Source: Microthyrium microscopicum (lineage: Eukaryota). Taken from it: a stretch of DNA of 64,000 nt. The stretch spans positions 2,390,627-2,454,626 of the forward strand of contig MU004230.1 in NCBI GenBank assembly GCA_010405405.1, in the 5' to 3' direction. Of the stretch, positions 24,410 through 37,627 are shown in pieces. Every line of letters starts with the position of its first letter. Position 1 is the stretch's first letter. A program made the translations under genes and the position numbers. The notes below the pieces were generated by a model, which saw only the letters and a program-made list of their open reading frames with translations, was not told where the DNA came from and made no database searches.

Positions 24410-24978
24410 TCACGAGTAGTCGTCCTTGCCGTATTTGTTGAATTGATCGTGCAAATCCTGACTAACGTTAGAAAGATCAATTTGTTTGTACGCATTGTTA
24501 TCTCATACCTTTGGCAGGTTGACATTGGGGATGATAGATGTCCGTAAGGGGCTTGGTGCGTCCTTTGGTTCTTTGCTTGTGTCGCCGTATGGATGATATT
24601 GGTATTTAGCATCTTTGCCCGTATTCCATGGTTCAGAGCCGGGGATGGAAGGCACACTCTTTTCATTGCCTGATGACGTTGGATTGGCCGCTGTACCCGT
24701 TGATTAGCTATGCTACTGCACATTTTAGAGCAGACAATCCATACTGAAGTAGTAGCCGGCTACACCGAACACACCAGCCATGACACCGAAGAGAACCTAT
24801 AAAACGTCTTAGTAGCCATTGAACAGGAAACATCGACCGAGACGCATACGTAGAGTTCTGGATTCTTCTTGGCTTCCTTGTGCATGGCACCAACACTTTG
24901 TTTCTGTGCTTCAGCATGGCTGTTAAGCATTGGGCGAGTGGCGCAGAAGACCTGACGGCGGAGTATTGAGGAAGCCAT
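24410..24978 (-). CDS. Small single-pass mitochondrial membrane protein, NDUFA4/B12D-like; 4 exons
   Basis: Spliced product MASSILRRQVFCATRPML...KKNPELYVLFGVMAGVFGVAGYYF...SEPWNTGKDAKYQYHPYGD...NVNLPKDLHDQFNKYGKDDYS. It has an Arg-rich presequence, a PELY motif followed by a TM helix, and three canonical introns that keep the frame. Confidence 0.8.
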
Positions 24979-25508
24979 TGTGAGTGGAGATTGTCTGGGC
25001 AGCAACGATGTTAATTGACCAGTTTTTGAATTCGCAGCCGTAGTATAAACTTACATCTTGAAGGTTAATGGAGAGCCTTTGAGTGGTGAGAGAGCTCTGG
25101 ATGATCGGATGATGTCGTGACGGATAAATGTCGGGTCTACTGTCCCTTGACCCTTGCCATGAAACGCTACTCTTAGATGGGTCTAGCGTGCCTCCTTGTT
25201 CTGTCGCAACATCCTAAAATGGCTTCTACAACCAACTCCTCGATCGAACCAAGATCCCTCCAACCTCATGTCTTGTAGTTGATCTTGCTTCCGGGCTTTT
25301 GGATATGCGTTGATCATGGCCACTCTCCTTCTATCTATCTCTTTCTAATACACCACTCTCTTATGTTCCTGCCCAGTATACCACACTCTCCTTCCCTCCC
25401 TTTTAGACCACACCCCCTTATGAAACACTACAACAATACGCATTTAATTTCGCCTTCACGTTAATCCACCAGGCGCTCGTCGCTCGAGTATAAAGCATTC
25501 TAGCAATC

Positions 25509-27548
25509 ATGTCCGCTCCGGGAGCGGCCCCACCGGGCTCGACGCGCGCATCCCAAGGAGCCGAGCCTGCGTCATTCCCAAATCCCCAAGGCATAAGCGA
25601 ACAGGACCGGCCCGTGAGCAGAGGATCAAGAATGACAGATGAGATGACTGATTATGATGGTGATCACGAAGGACCGGCTGTCAACCCCACGTCACAACGA
25701 CCCAGATCTTCTGCTCAACCTTCTACGCCTCTCGGAAGAGCCGGACAAATAATAGTAACGGCTGGGGAAAACTCTCGCCCTTCTTCGGCAAACACGGGTA
25801 CATCTAGGGGAAACTGGTCGCAACAACAGAGGCCAGTGCCTACAAGCTATGCTGGTAGTACTGGCGCAGGCAGCACGCGACCTCCTACAGCATCTAGCAG
25901 AACGCATGTTCCGTCACTTACTGCCCAGGCTTTTTATCGTCCAATGAGCTCACAGAGATTGCAAGCTCAGAGAGCTCAGCGTGGATCGGCTCCAGTTCAG
26001 GCAGCTCAGGAGACACGGGAAGAACCAGAAGAAGAACGCCCGGCTTCGGAATTGAGGACTGCCTCAGGAAACCGTCCACTCTCACGTGGAACTGATATCA
26101 CGGAATATGGACCAACGGAATATATTGTAGCCGATCGGCCATCCGCCGTACCTAGTTTGCCAGAAATGCCTGATAGGCACTCCGCGAATCCGTCTCCAGT
26201 TAACAACTCTCCAACGGCAGAAAGTGTGGCACCTTTACGGAAGAATGAAGATCCAACCCAGCCAGGAACCAAACGACCAAGTAATTTAAACATTGGTCGC
26301 ATAATCGACGCAAATATTCCATCTGGCCCAATAACTCCTCGATCATTTCGGTCAAACATATTGCCTAGCAGGCATTCTCAAGGCTATCTTGGCCATCAAA
26401 AACTTCCATCTGAAGCATCAACTGCCCAGGCTCGGGAAGCAACAAAAAGTATTGTCAAGAAAAACCTAGGAAAGAACTACGAGTATTTCCCTGGAAATAC
26501 AGTTTTTTGCCTAGGTGGAAGGATTCAAAATACACGGGATCGGCCGATCAATATTGGAACTGGACTCATAATACTTTTGCCTACTGCTTTGTTTCTTGGC
26601 TTCTCGTAAGTTCACTCCTAAACAACTTTCACAATAGGAGATATGCTCACCGGCAATCAGTGCGCCTTGGCTATGGGAACATGTTTCGCCTGCAATTCCA
26701 ATTCTATTTGCATATCTGTTTTTGATATGCTTTTCTTCCTTCTGGCATGGCTCCGTAACAGACCCAGGGGTAAGTCTGCTGTCTTACACCTGACCATAAT
26801 TAACAGCATTCAGATTCTCCCTCGTGGTCTTCACCCCTTTCCGCCCACGCCAGCTAATGAAGATCCTCTCACTCTGGGACCAGCGACCGTAGCTTGGACA
26901 CTCGTGCGCAGTGCCGGACCTATCGACGCCATGGAAGTTCCCAGCAAATACTGTAAAACTTGCGACATTTGGCGCCCACCGCGCACACACCACTGCCGCA
27001 CCTGCGATAATTGTGTTGAAACGCAAGATCACCATTGCGTGTGGCTCAACAACTGTGTTGGACGACGCAACTACCGCTACTTCTTTGTCTTTGTCACATC
27101 CGGATTCATTCTCGGCCTCTTTTTATTCGCTGCCAGTCTCGCTCACGTACTGCTCTGGGCAAAGCAAAACAACACCGACTTTGCAGCATCAGCCAATGCC
27201 AACCGAGTTCCAATGGCCATGGTCGTCTATGGAATTCTTGCCTGTCTTTATCCGCTAGCACTATGGGTCTACCACTTGTGGCTCATGGCTCGTGGAGAAA
27301 CGACTCGTGAATATATGCAAAGTCAAAAATTCTCGCCCCAGGACAGGCATCGACCCTACGCTCTAGGTAATCCACTAAAGAATTGGATTGCGGTAATACT
27401 ACGTCCGCGTCCACCAACATATCTGCGCTTCAAGAGCGCACGTGAAGAAGGAGATCGCCGGTTTACTGATACAAAGAGAGTTTGGCAGAAGAGCCAGACC
27501 AAGGAGGTTGAGATGGTGGATGTAGGCCCGAGAGTAGGGAGGGCGTGA
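25509..27548 (+). CDS. ERF2: DHHC palmitoyltransferase Erf2; 3 exons
   Basis: NYEYFPGNTVFCLGGR, KYCKTCDIWRPPRTHHCRTCDNCVETQDHHCVWLNNCVGRRNYRYF and the TTRE motif, after a long disordered N-terminus. Confidence 0.93.
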
Positions 27549-30500
27549 TGAAGAGTAGGGAGGATGTGGAAAAGCTTTGATGGCTTTTGTAATGTTTTAG
27601 ATCTGTACAGGTTCGCAGGTGGTGCTGTGCATAATGAATGGTGGTGTATTCTTCTGTATATTCTTGACGAGCGTCTTATATCTAGAGTTGTTTGCCATGA
27701 CATGGCTCATTGTAAATGAATAATTGTATGATATTGGTAATCATATTCTTCAAATCACACTTTCTGTGGCTGGAACAGTGATATACAGTTTTCCTTATTG
27801 CAAGTATTAATTGGATATGATCCAGAGACTACAATGTACATCCTCAAAAGACTAGAGCAAAGTGCTAGACATCGTCGACTTCATTCGGCAAAAATGAGCA
27901 TGCTCATACATCTAACAAGTTATTCCGACAAACAATTACCTTCGGGTCGCAATTGAACAACGCATCAGTCTGCATTGAAGTGACAGTCATTTGGTCAGAT
28001 TGACTTGGTGCTTTGCCGTCGACGTATCGTAATTCATCCAAATATGCTTGAACAACTGCTGGGTCGAGTAGACTACAGCGAAATGGCGTACATGGGATCT
28101 GTCCGGAGGCCTGATATCAAAGATATATGAAAGTTGCGGCACAGTTCGCTAGATCAGACGCTCGTGGATCTACGTCAAGGTTCATTGTTTGCTTGAAACC
28201 CGAAAATATCCCCGACTCATTGTATGAGCGGGAGCCTTGAAGGCTAATCTCACATCATGCGGCTGCCATCAATTGGGGCGAGGTAGTACAACAATTTGGA
28301 TGCTTCTAGTACAAATGAACGTACGTATGATCACATTTTTTGGATTGTTAGAGCAAACCGTCCAGTCTGTCACCAGCAATGTTAGTTAGTAAATCAACTA
28401 AAAAGAAGCATCAACAGGTAGAGTCTATTTCCAATCGTGGAGTACGCCAGCATGATATTCTAGACTAGAATATCTATCGCAAAGGCACACTGACATTGCG
28501 GTCTAGGCGGCAAGCCAGAAAAGAACATTCTCTCATTTTAGAGTGCCCGTGCCTGCCAGATAATTGCGCAACGTGCTGCCGCTGGCGTCCGTCGTGACTT
28601 TGAAGACTTCAGAAAGTGGTGTTGCGAAAGTTCGCAAAATAGTCCGCCAAGCGCAGCGCTGGGGGAATGGCGGTTTATATACGTTTTGAAAGTCGCTCAG
28701 ACTTGGGACCGAACGAGCTTGTAACCGTACCAAGATTGTTGAAAGGTCTGTTGCACTAGGGAAAGGGAGGCTTATATACGATTTGGCAAGTGCTTGCACC
28801 TGGGACCGAATGGGCTCTTAACCGGTGCATTTTGGTAGCTTACCAAGGTTGGCTTCTATTACCTGTATCAAAACAAAGATGGCAGTAATAGAGGATATCC
28901 GCTAAATACATAGCCGTCTTAGTGGAAATCTTGCTGACACTCTACAAGGAGATATCATCAGTAACTCAACTCTGTAGCATCAATCAGGTTAGATGTTGTT
29001 GCCATATAAACCGGACTTTGCGCTCATGATGGAGACATCGTGTAGAGGGAGGATGGTGGATCAAATATGATGGGATCGGTTCAGGTTTTAAATCCTGGAA
29101 GTTTATGGTTTATCGATGCCATGGTTCGAATTGTGCAATGGATATGCCAATGAAGCGCCCGAGATAGGCGGAACGTCTAGTGGAGGCTCAGTAGCTGGTT
29201 GTGGTCCTTCAACATCAATCACGAAGTTCATGTCCGAAGGCTGTGAGTATGTTGTCAAGGACTTGCAGTTAGACGCCTGAAAAGTTATTCTCAGATACAC
29301 TGCGGAGAATGGCATTTTGCTGAGACGAAGTGCCTGCTGTTCCTGCTGGTCGGCTGTAAACAAAGTTGAGTTCATCCATCCCGCCCTGAGGATGAGAAGT
29401 CACTGCCTCGGAGTTGCAGTCCAAGACCTCTGGTACTCTGCTTAAGATAATCTGTAAAATTTCGGTCGTAGACGGAATTGGATCAAAATATAAGTATCAT
29501 GCAAGAAGCCGGTTCTGTTGCCCGCAACTGTACCGTCAGTCCAATCGCTGGTTTACTGTGGGTGACATCTCGTAAAACGCAATGCTGATAATCTGGTGGC
29601 TGGGTATGATTTCTCCGCGATCTCACTAATTGAGCATGACTTTGAAGAAACTAGGCTTTCAGCTTTATGAAGAGTATCTGGTAATCCACGCGATTAACAA
29701 GATGTTCTGGAGATCGTAGGCTCTATTTCCGCTTTAGGTGAAGTTGGCAACCCGGACCTAGACTCGCGACCGTTTGAAGTTGAAGGTCTAGAGTACATCG
29801 TATCCTTTCAATCACCAACAGCGATGCGTATTGTCAGTAATCGCCATCTACTTCCGTAACATTCACCAAGCTGTTATGAGCGGGCAAATTTGTCACAAGA
29901 AAGAAGCGTGGTGGAGATTCATTGGCGGCGTAGCAATGACATCCTCGAGTCTCTCACACCGCGCCAGATTACAACTCTTGCACTCTTTGCTTACGCTTGA
30001 CATAAAAAATGCATTGCGCAATTCCATCAGCCTAGCCGCTCAGCCTACAGGTAAAAGCATATCTACAATAAAACTATCTGGCGCCCAGTACGATATGCGC
30101 TGACTGCAGCCGCTGCGAGTATCAGGAGTGAGAACACTGTAATGCATCGAGCCTCAAGAACAAGGACAACTCATTGCAAAATACAATCGACAAGTAATTA
30201 GCCTTTATAATCGCAACAGCTTCCAATATCTTGAAGTCACATCTCAACCTGGCAGATCTGTAGGAGCCATTGCGACACAACAAAGCCCCGCCACAACCAT
30301 TCCAACCAAATACTCAGCCAGACATGTTATTTGGGGTATCAAACTGGCCCTGGGAGCATCGTTCGGATACACATTCCCTAGCATGTATGGAACCTTGATG
30401 TTGAGCTTGCAGTGGCTTGGAGGCGAAGTTCGTCAAAGTGCAAAAACACGTCTTAAATGAAGACAAGAACCGAATCCAAGCTTCAACTATGACACAAATG

Positions 30501-31331
30501 CCTAAAAACTATATAGAAGGCAATAGTTACAAACGTTGCATTACCAGTCGTTCAGTGTCCTTATTTGCATCTGCCGCTGGACCTTTTGAGGTTGGAAGTC
30601 GGGGCAGCCCCATCACGCATAATTGCCTTTTGAACCTGACACATAGGCATGGAATGGCTATAAATCCTATTTCCCCTTTCATATGAATAAATTCATGTAG
30701 GATTCCGGTATGTCGTGGAAGATAGAGGTGCGGATAGAGACGAGCAAATGCAGCAACAAGCAAACAATTAGACATATTCGAAGAACAAAACGCGTTCTTG
30801 AACAATGGTATGCATCTAATAAAGCTATCATTGCTACTATCAAAGCTAGGTTACGATTGTGAGGCTGATATAAATGAAGAGAGGGTAGGATATAAGAAGC
30901 CAAACCCAAATATCAGAACCTCTAAGGAGAATGTATTGACAAAGGGGCTATATATAAGAGCATACGAGGTCAGTGAAGGCTCTATATACTTATCTAAGGT
31001 AGCGCAGGCAGTCTTAGAGCCGAATATCAACCGCCTGGTAAGTGACTGAGGAATGGAGGTCTTGCTAGGGTGGGTCAGTGTGTACTGCGGCTAACCCGTG
31101 TCGGCGGTTTACCTCCCAGTCCTCCACACAACAAACTCGCTTCCTCAACTTCATCCCTTACAACCACTTCTTCCACCTTCGTCCCCAACTCACTGCCATC
31201 AACCACCACCACCGCTCTATTACAGCACTCCTAATTAAAGTCGTTGGTGTGTTTGTTGCATCCCATTTTCCTCCCGTTCCTATTTTCTTTCCTTTCCTCC
31301 ATCTCAACGCGTCGCAATACCTCAGTCCACC

Positions 31332-34132
31332 ATGTCTCGACGCGTTTCGCCCTCCAACACTCTCCTCTCCTCCACTCGTGGTACGCCCAGTGCTACTGCC
31401 ACCCCTCCCACCGCCGTCTCTGATATCGATTCGGTGGCTCCTGCTGCAGGCGGAGATGGCGAAGTTGTTCGTCGCTCAGCCCGCGAGAGAAAGCAGACCT
31501 TCACTTCTCTCTCCGACAAGATGTTATCGGGTTCGGCAGTACACACCCGACGGGATTATAGGAAGAAGGACGATCCTTGGGATAACGCTATGGTCAATTA
31601 TCCTACTATGCTTGCCAAAGTCTCTGGTGTCACTCTTGTGGGAGACGCAGATAGCGACTCGCCCAGCAAGCAACTTTTGGACGAGAACGAGAAGGCGCTC
31701 GATCTGGACATAGGTCGACGCGCTTCATCTACCCCACAGCGAGGTACCATTGCGCGCTCACGATCTATACGGCAATCCGCGAAGTCGGCAGTCTCGGTGT
31801 TAGGCAAGCGAACTCGTGGCGCTATTGAAGCTACAAAAGACGCCGCGCAAGACCTTGTACGCACCGCCAGCCTGCGCTCTCGTGTGCCTAAGCGTAAAGC
31901 TGGTAGCCCGTCGCCAAGCATTGCTCCAGCCTCCAAGAAAGCGAAAGTGAATTCGAGATTACGAAAGGTCTCAACCCCAACCGATCCAGAGAGTGAAGAA
32001 GAAGAAGCAGACTCTGATTCTGAAGATGAAGAGTCCTCTGAGCCTATTAAACCTGCCAAGAAACAGAAGATGTTCCTCGAACACGGTCTATACGTCGGTC
32101 AGACCCGCGAGGATGCCGCCCCCAAACCAAAGGGCAAGAAGTCAGCATCTCGAGTCGCTCAGGACGAGAACTCAGTATTTCCCTTGCCTTTATTCCATGG
32201 TGATCGCCTCATTAATTCTCAACCCGCCGCACCTGGCAAATCCATCCCGTGGGTACCGTACACTCTACCGTTCAATGTCCTACACCCTCTCACCAAAAAG
32301 GAACGCCCTAAGGACTGGAAGAACCTAACTCGAAGTAAGTTGTACCCCCTCACAACTCTCCATTGCCTCCCCACATAATTTCCTATTGCCTTCCCTCCTA
32401 ACTTTCCATTGCCTCCCCTTTTACTTTTGATATGCTGCGATTATCTGATTTCATATGCTAACAACTTTCCTAGATCGATTCGTCGATGATGCAAAAGAAA
32501 TTTATAAAAATCGCATAAAAGATCAGGAAGCCCTTAGCCAGTGCCAATGCACTGAAGAAACTGGCGGTTGTGGCTCCGATTGCTTGAACCTGACCATGCG
32601 GTATGAATGTAATGCATTCAACTGCAGCTTGGGTCCGGACCATTGCAAGAACCGTCCGTTCGCCGAGCTCAAATGGCGCCGCGAGAATAAAAATGCCACC
32701 CGGCAGCTGTCTGAGGGCGAGACAGCACGCAAGAAGGAAGCCAACCTCTTCGGCGAAGGAATAGAAGTAGTCAAGACCAAGGGTCGAGGCTACGGTGTCC
32801 GTGCCATGCGATCATTTCGACCAGGCCAGATCATAGTAGAATACACTGGCGAAATCATCACTTCTGAGGAAGCCGAACGACGCATGAATAAGGAATATAA
32901 AGACCACGAGAATTTCTACATGATGACCTTTAACAAAGGCCTTATCATTGATGGATTCGTCGGTAATGTTTGCCGATTCGTGAACCATTCCTGCGATCCC
33001 AACTGCACGATCGAAAAGTGGACCGTCGACGGCCAGCCTCGAATGGCTCTCTTTGCAGGAAGAGGCGGAGTTGAAGTTGGAGACGAAATAACGTACGACT
33101 ACAAGTTTGCGTAAGTTGTTTCTTTGCTGTTAATGCACAGGATTGCTAACCTATCTCAGCCCGTTCTCTAAAACAAATGTTCAGAAGTGTCTATGTGGAG
33201 CCAAGAACTGTATTGGTGTTCTTGGCCCAGCACCGAAGAAGCCGGACAATAAAGCTAAGGCCTTTGTTGCTGCTGCTGGCAAGCTGGCTGGAAAGGCCAA
33301 GCGTAAGATGATGGAAGCCTTCTCAACCAACGACCAGCCTTCCACTCCTAGCAAGCGCCGCAAGACTGGTACTGCAGCAGCAACTCCATCCTCTCGCCAT
33401 AAGAAGACCGACCCGCGGACTGGCAATGCACCAGCTGTTGAATTGAAGTCCACAGCCGTCATGCAGGTTCAGCGACAAGGTCGAGAAGAGCGAGCTATGC
33501 GCCGGGCAAGTTCCACAACTTCGCTTAGAAACAAGACTGGCCATTCCCTCCGAGCTCGTCATTCGGTAGCGACTTTCTCGGTCCCCCAGGCTACACCACC
33601 GAAGAAGCGACTCTCTCTCCCACAGTCCCGTGCGAACAAAACGGCGGACAGTATCAAAAAGACTGGCTCTGCTATAGCTAGAAAATCGACGGCAGCTCGA
33701 AAATCTTTTCTGGGTCTCCCGGAGTCCAGCGCAAAGCGCAACACCTCCACCAGCTCGACTACAAAACTTTTGGATAACAAGAAATCGACGTCCAGCCTTA
33801 AACAGAGTAGAATCTCGTTCAACGGCTCGGCGCTCTCTCTTGAAATTCCCGATACCCCAAAGAGTACCACTCGCATTGGCCGTTTAGTCAAACCATCCCC
33901 CAAGGTGCGGGATAATGCTGCCCGCCGCGCCTCCTCATCCTCGACCTTTGATGTGCCTGATACACCCACCAGCGAGCTTCGCCAGTCTTCCCGGGCCGTC
34001 AAGCCTTCCCCAAAAGTGGTTGAGAACAGCCTTCACGAGAAGAAGACGGGCAGCGCAAAGAAGGCAGTTCAAAAGAAGTATGGGAAACGAGCCTCTCTTT
34101 TGAGCATGATCAACACATCATCCAAGAAATAG
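31332..34132 (+). CDS. ASH1: AWS-SET-postSET histone H3K36 methyltransferase, ASH1-like; 3 exons
   Basis: GLYVGQ...FPLPLF N-terminal motif, Cys-rich AWS, GRGYGVRA, RFVNHSCDPNC, EITYDYKF, post-SET CLCGAKNCIG and a basic disordered tail. Confidence 0.88.
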
Positions 34133-35541
34133 GATGACTTGGATCACATGCTCGTGTTGTCGCAATGTGCCTAGCCCGAGGAGACCCACCGCATACTATT
34201 TTTGCATACCAAACCAACTATTTATATCCATCGAGTGCGGAGTTTCTGTTTGTCCCGTGGATTCGATGGAACGCGATCGAAATGGCGAGGAATTTTTACA
34301 TGGTTCATTGCATATTTATACCACTTGAGCCAGCAGTCAGAAGATGGAATGGGTTTTTATAATGAGGCTGGGAACCGAAGAAGGAATTAATGCATTTAAT
34401 TATTGTCATGACTGTGTCCATCGTGATTCAACAAGTGACAAACATTCCTGTGCGACTGTCATAGTTTCTGTCACCTTCCTTTCTCAATCTCCCTTGCTTC
34501 ATACGTGTTCAACGCTGAGACTTCATTTATCACCAGAGCTACATCCTGATTTGCAATAGTTTGTCGCTTTCTACCATAGCCCACAATAAATAGCAGGAGT
34601 TGAGCTCACATCATATCATATGGCACTTGATTAATAAAAGAAGGCCAGTGATTCATTTCAACTTCTTATCTTCCTCATCCTCATCCTCAACCGATCCTGC
34701 CCACGCCGACGCAAACCCCAACTGATACCCTCTCGAGCAACAGAAAGCCTTCAATCCTATCCAAAACAATTTAGAAACTACCCGCCAAAGATAAAATGGA
34801 CAGCACGCTATCGTTCAAACCTTTACAATTCATGAATCGAGCTCAGGCTGACGATAACACAGCAGCAAAGCAAAAGCCATCATCCAACATCGTAGTCAGC
34901 CAGCCATAAGAAAGACCGGACAGCACCAGAAGGGACGACCATAACACAAACCACATAAAAACTAAGCCGCTAGATTAATACAAATGGAGATATTGATGAT
35001 AAAAGAGGATTAATCCGACTAGCAGATTTCGATTGAATTTTTCTTTGCAACAAAAAGAGATGCAAATTCCTACAGAAACAAGAAAATAAGAGAAACAACA
35101 AAGGGTACTGGGTAATATTGAATATTGGTCGCAAGAAAAACAGGGACAAGGAGAAAGGAAAACAGGCTCGACCGACAAAACCAGTGAGCATACAGTTCCA
35201 GAGTCCAGAGAAGGCCAATGATGGATTACTCCGTACAATATGCTGGGACATGGGTGTTCGCCGGTGTTGTTTAAACAGGTGTTTGGCTGCTTTGTCGTTG
35301 GGACTTTTTAAATATGCTTTAACTCTCCGCTCTGGAAGAAAGGAGAAAGAAGAGAGCTTGGACTCCTGCTTGTCGCTTTTTGTCGGATAGCACCAGAACT
35401 GCCAACAGCGGTTTGTTTCGCGGTATGTTCGCCAGGGAATGCTGCTTCGAGAAATCCGTCAACCGTCCATATATCTCAATACACGCCGACCGCTTATTCC
35501 AACTATTTCTCAATCCACTGTCAATATCCTACTCAAGTCGC

Positions 35542-37627
35542 TCAAAATGCATTCACACCCTGTCGATATACACCGCCAATCATTTCCGGACTCCGCGAGC
35601 CAGAGGGCATCCGCGAATTCGAAGTATATGCCGTACCCGGCGCAGTGCCGTTACCATTTGTAGCACCCACGGCTCCGCCATACAAACTGCCTGAACTCGC
35701 GGCACCGGCACTCTTCGCCGTCGCCCCGCTGACATTGCGCACGCGCTGGTGCTGAGTGCCATTGCCCAGCTGAACATTTGGAATGCTGGGCTCGCCATTT
35801 GGCACACCGGTAGGCGCACCGCTGGCACTACCCGCAGTGCGTCGATTCAGGCGAGATGTGCGCCATCCCTCGTACCACATTTCGCGCGAAGCTTCGCGGA
35901 GCTCGGCACGCCATTCGCTGAAAACGCTGTCCTTGAGGCGCACAAAGTCGCAGTGCTCTGTATTGAAAGGATCAGCGAAGCCCCATGGGAAGCGGCGGCC
36001 AACGACACCGGGTTCGTAGGTGTCGGGCGAGATGATTGACATTGGGATGTAGGGGGTGTCCGCTGATGATTCCATGGCTGCCTGGCTAAGGCGCGTGGAA
36101 AGTCCAGAAGGCGAGCGACGGTGGGTTTGAGGCCGGGCTTGTGGGTTGGCGGGTAGCTGATGAGGGTGTTCCTGGTCCTCATCCATTTCACCGTCGGATC
36201 GGTCGAGGAGATTATCGATTATGTCGTCTTGGTCGAGATCGTCATGTCCGCGATTACGATCAAGTTGCTCTTCATACAGAGCAGCATCCTCGTCTCGTTC
36301 GTCAAAGTTGTCAGAGTCATCTTCGTCTTCATTAAAGTTGAGCGCTTCCAAAGGATCGAGTTTGGCCTGTTTGAGAGAATCCCAAACGGCGCGTTTAAGC
36401 ATGGCCATGTGGTTTGTCGTGATAGTGTCCGCTTTGCTGATAACAGGAATTACGGTGGTCTTTCCTTGCAGGGCGCGCAAAACTTGAACATCAAGATCTT
36501 CATCCAAGATGCCCATTAGACGAAGTGGCTCTTGAAGACGAGTTGTCAGCGATCTGGATTGCTTTTGGGTATGCGCCCAATTCGAATCCAGTCGAGCGGG
36601 ATCCAAGATAAGGAAGACGCAATGAATATGAGTGTCGCGAACACCAGGAGCGCGAACAACTTTCTGCTCCTCTGTAAAGGTTTCCTCGAATTTACTCTCA
36701 AGGAAGGAGCTCATCTCACGTAATTGCAGATCCACAAACTTCTTTTCCAGACCTTGCGAATCCCATATAGTAACGCCAATTCGTTCATGGTCAACCTCGG
36801 TTTCCAGGTAGTGGGGTGTGAATGGCGAGTCTGGTGAGACCGCAGTACCGGGAGGAGAAGTGCTCTTCTCTTGGTGGCCTTTGGCGGAGAGTGAGACTTG
36901 AAGGAAATCAATGAAGGAAGTTTTTCCAGAATTTTGCGCGCCGACAACTAGGATGCTATTTGGAAAGATTAGTAAGATGGTCTCAAGATGTTCTTGATAA
37001 GCGTCTTTGTTGTTTGTTTGTTGTTTGTTTGAAAACACGGTTGTCGGGGAATACAACTCACTTGAATGGTGTGGGATCCTTTCGTCTTCTCACACGACGA
37101 GGACTGTTAATTCCCGGAGCGCTGATGGCACTACTGGCATAACTATACCGACCGCGATGCGTCATGCTCTCGGTTCTAGCATATGGGTCAACAGCTTGTT
37201 CGGAATTGTTATGGTTGGAGTAAGAAGTAGTAGGGTAAGAGGACATGGGGGGCATTGGGACTCCGTACGACGGCGGGCTTGAGCTTTGATGAAGCGGCGA
37301 CACCGCAGTGTAAGAGGAGGCGCCTGGCGAGGAGCCGAACTTTGGAGCATATGCTTGTCGTGCATTTTCTCCGATGAAAGAGCTTGATTCTGATAAAGGA
37401 ACTGGGTTGAGTTGTGGAGGAAGGCGAGGAGCAATGCTCTGAGGAGGAGGGTGGTTTAGACCCTTGTTCTTCTTGGAAAGCATGCCGTGTTTTTGGGAGC
37501 CGTCAGTGGACTTTTGACGACGTAGAAAGCCAAATGATTGTCGACGGTTCGGGTCAAGACGAGGATTTGATGATGGAGATGTTGGAGAGTTTGGAGATGG
37601 ATCGGTCGCGGGTGTGGAGGAAGACAT
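35542..37627 (-). CDS. aspE: Non-core (group 5) septin, AspE-like; 1 intron at about 37061-36957
   Basis: RRRKDPTPF/ILVVGAQNSGKTS P-loop, WDSQGLE, DTHIHCV, PVISKAD and GRRFPWG...HCDF septin motifs. Acidic insertion and no C-terminal coiled coil. Confidence 0.85.
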
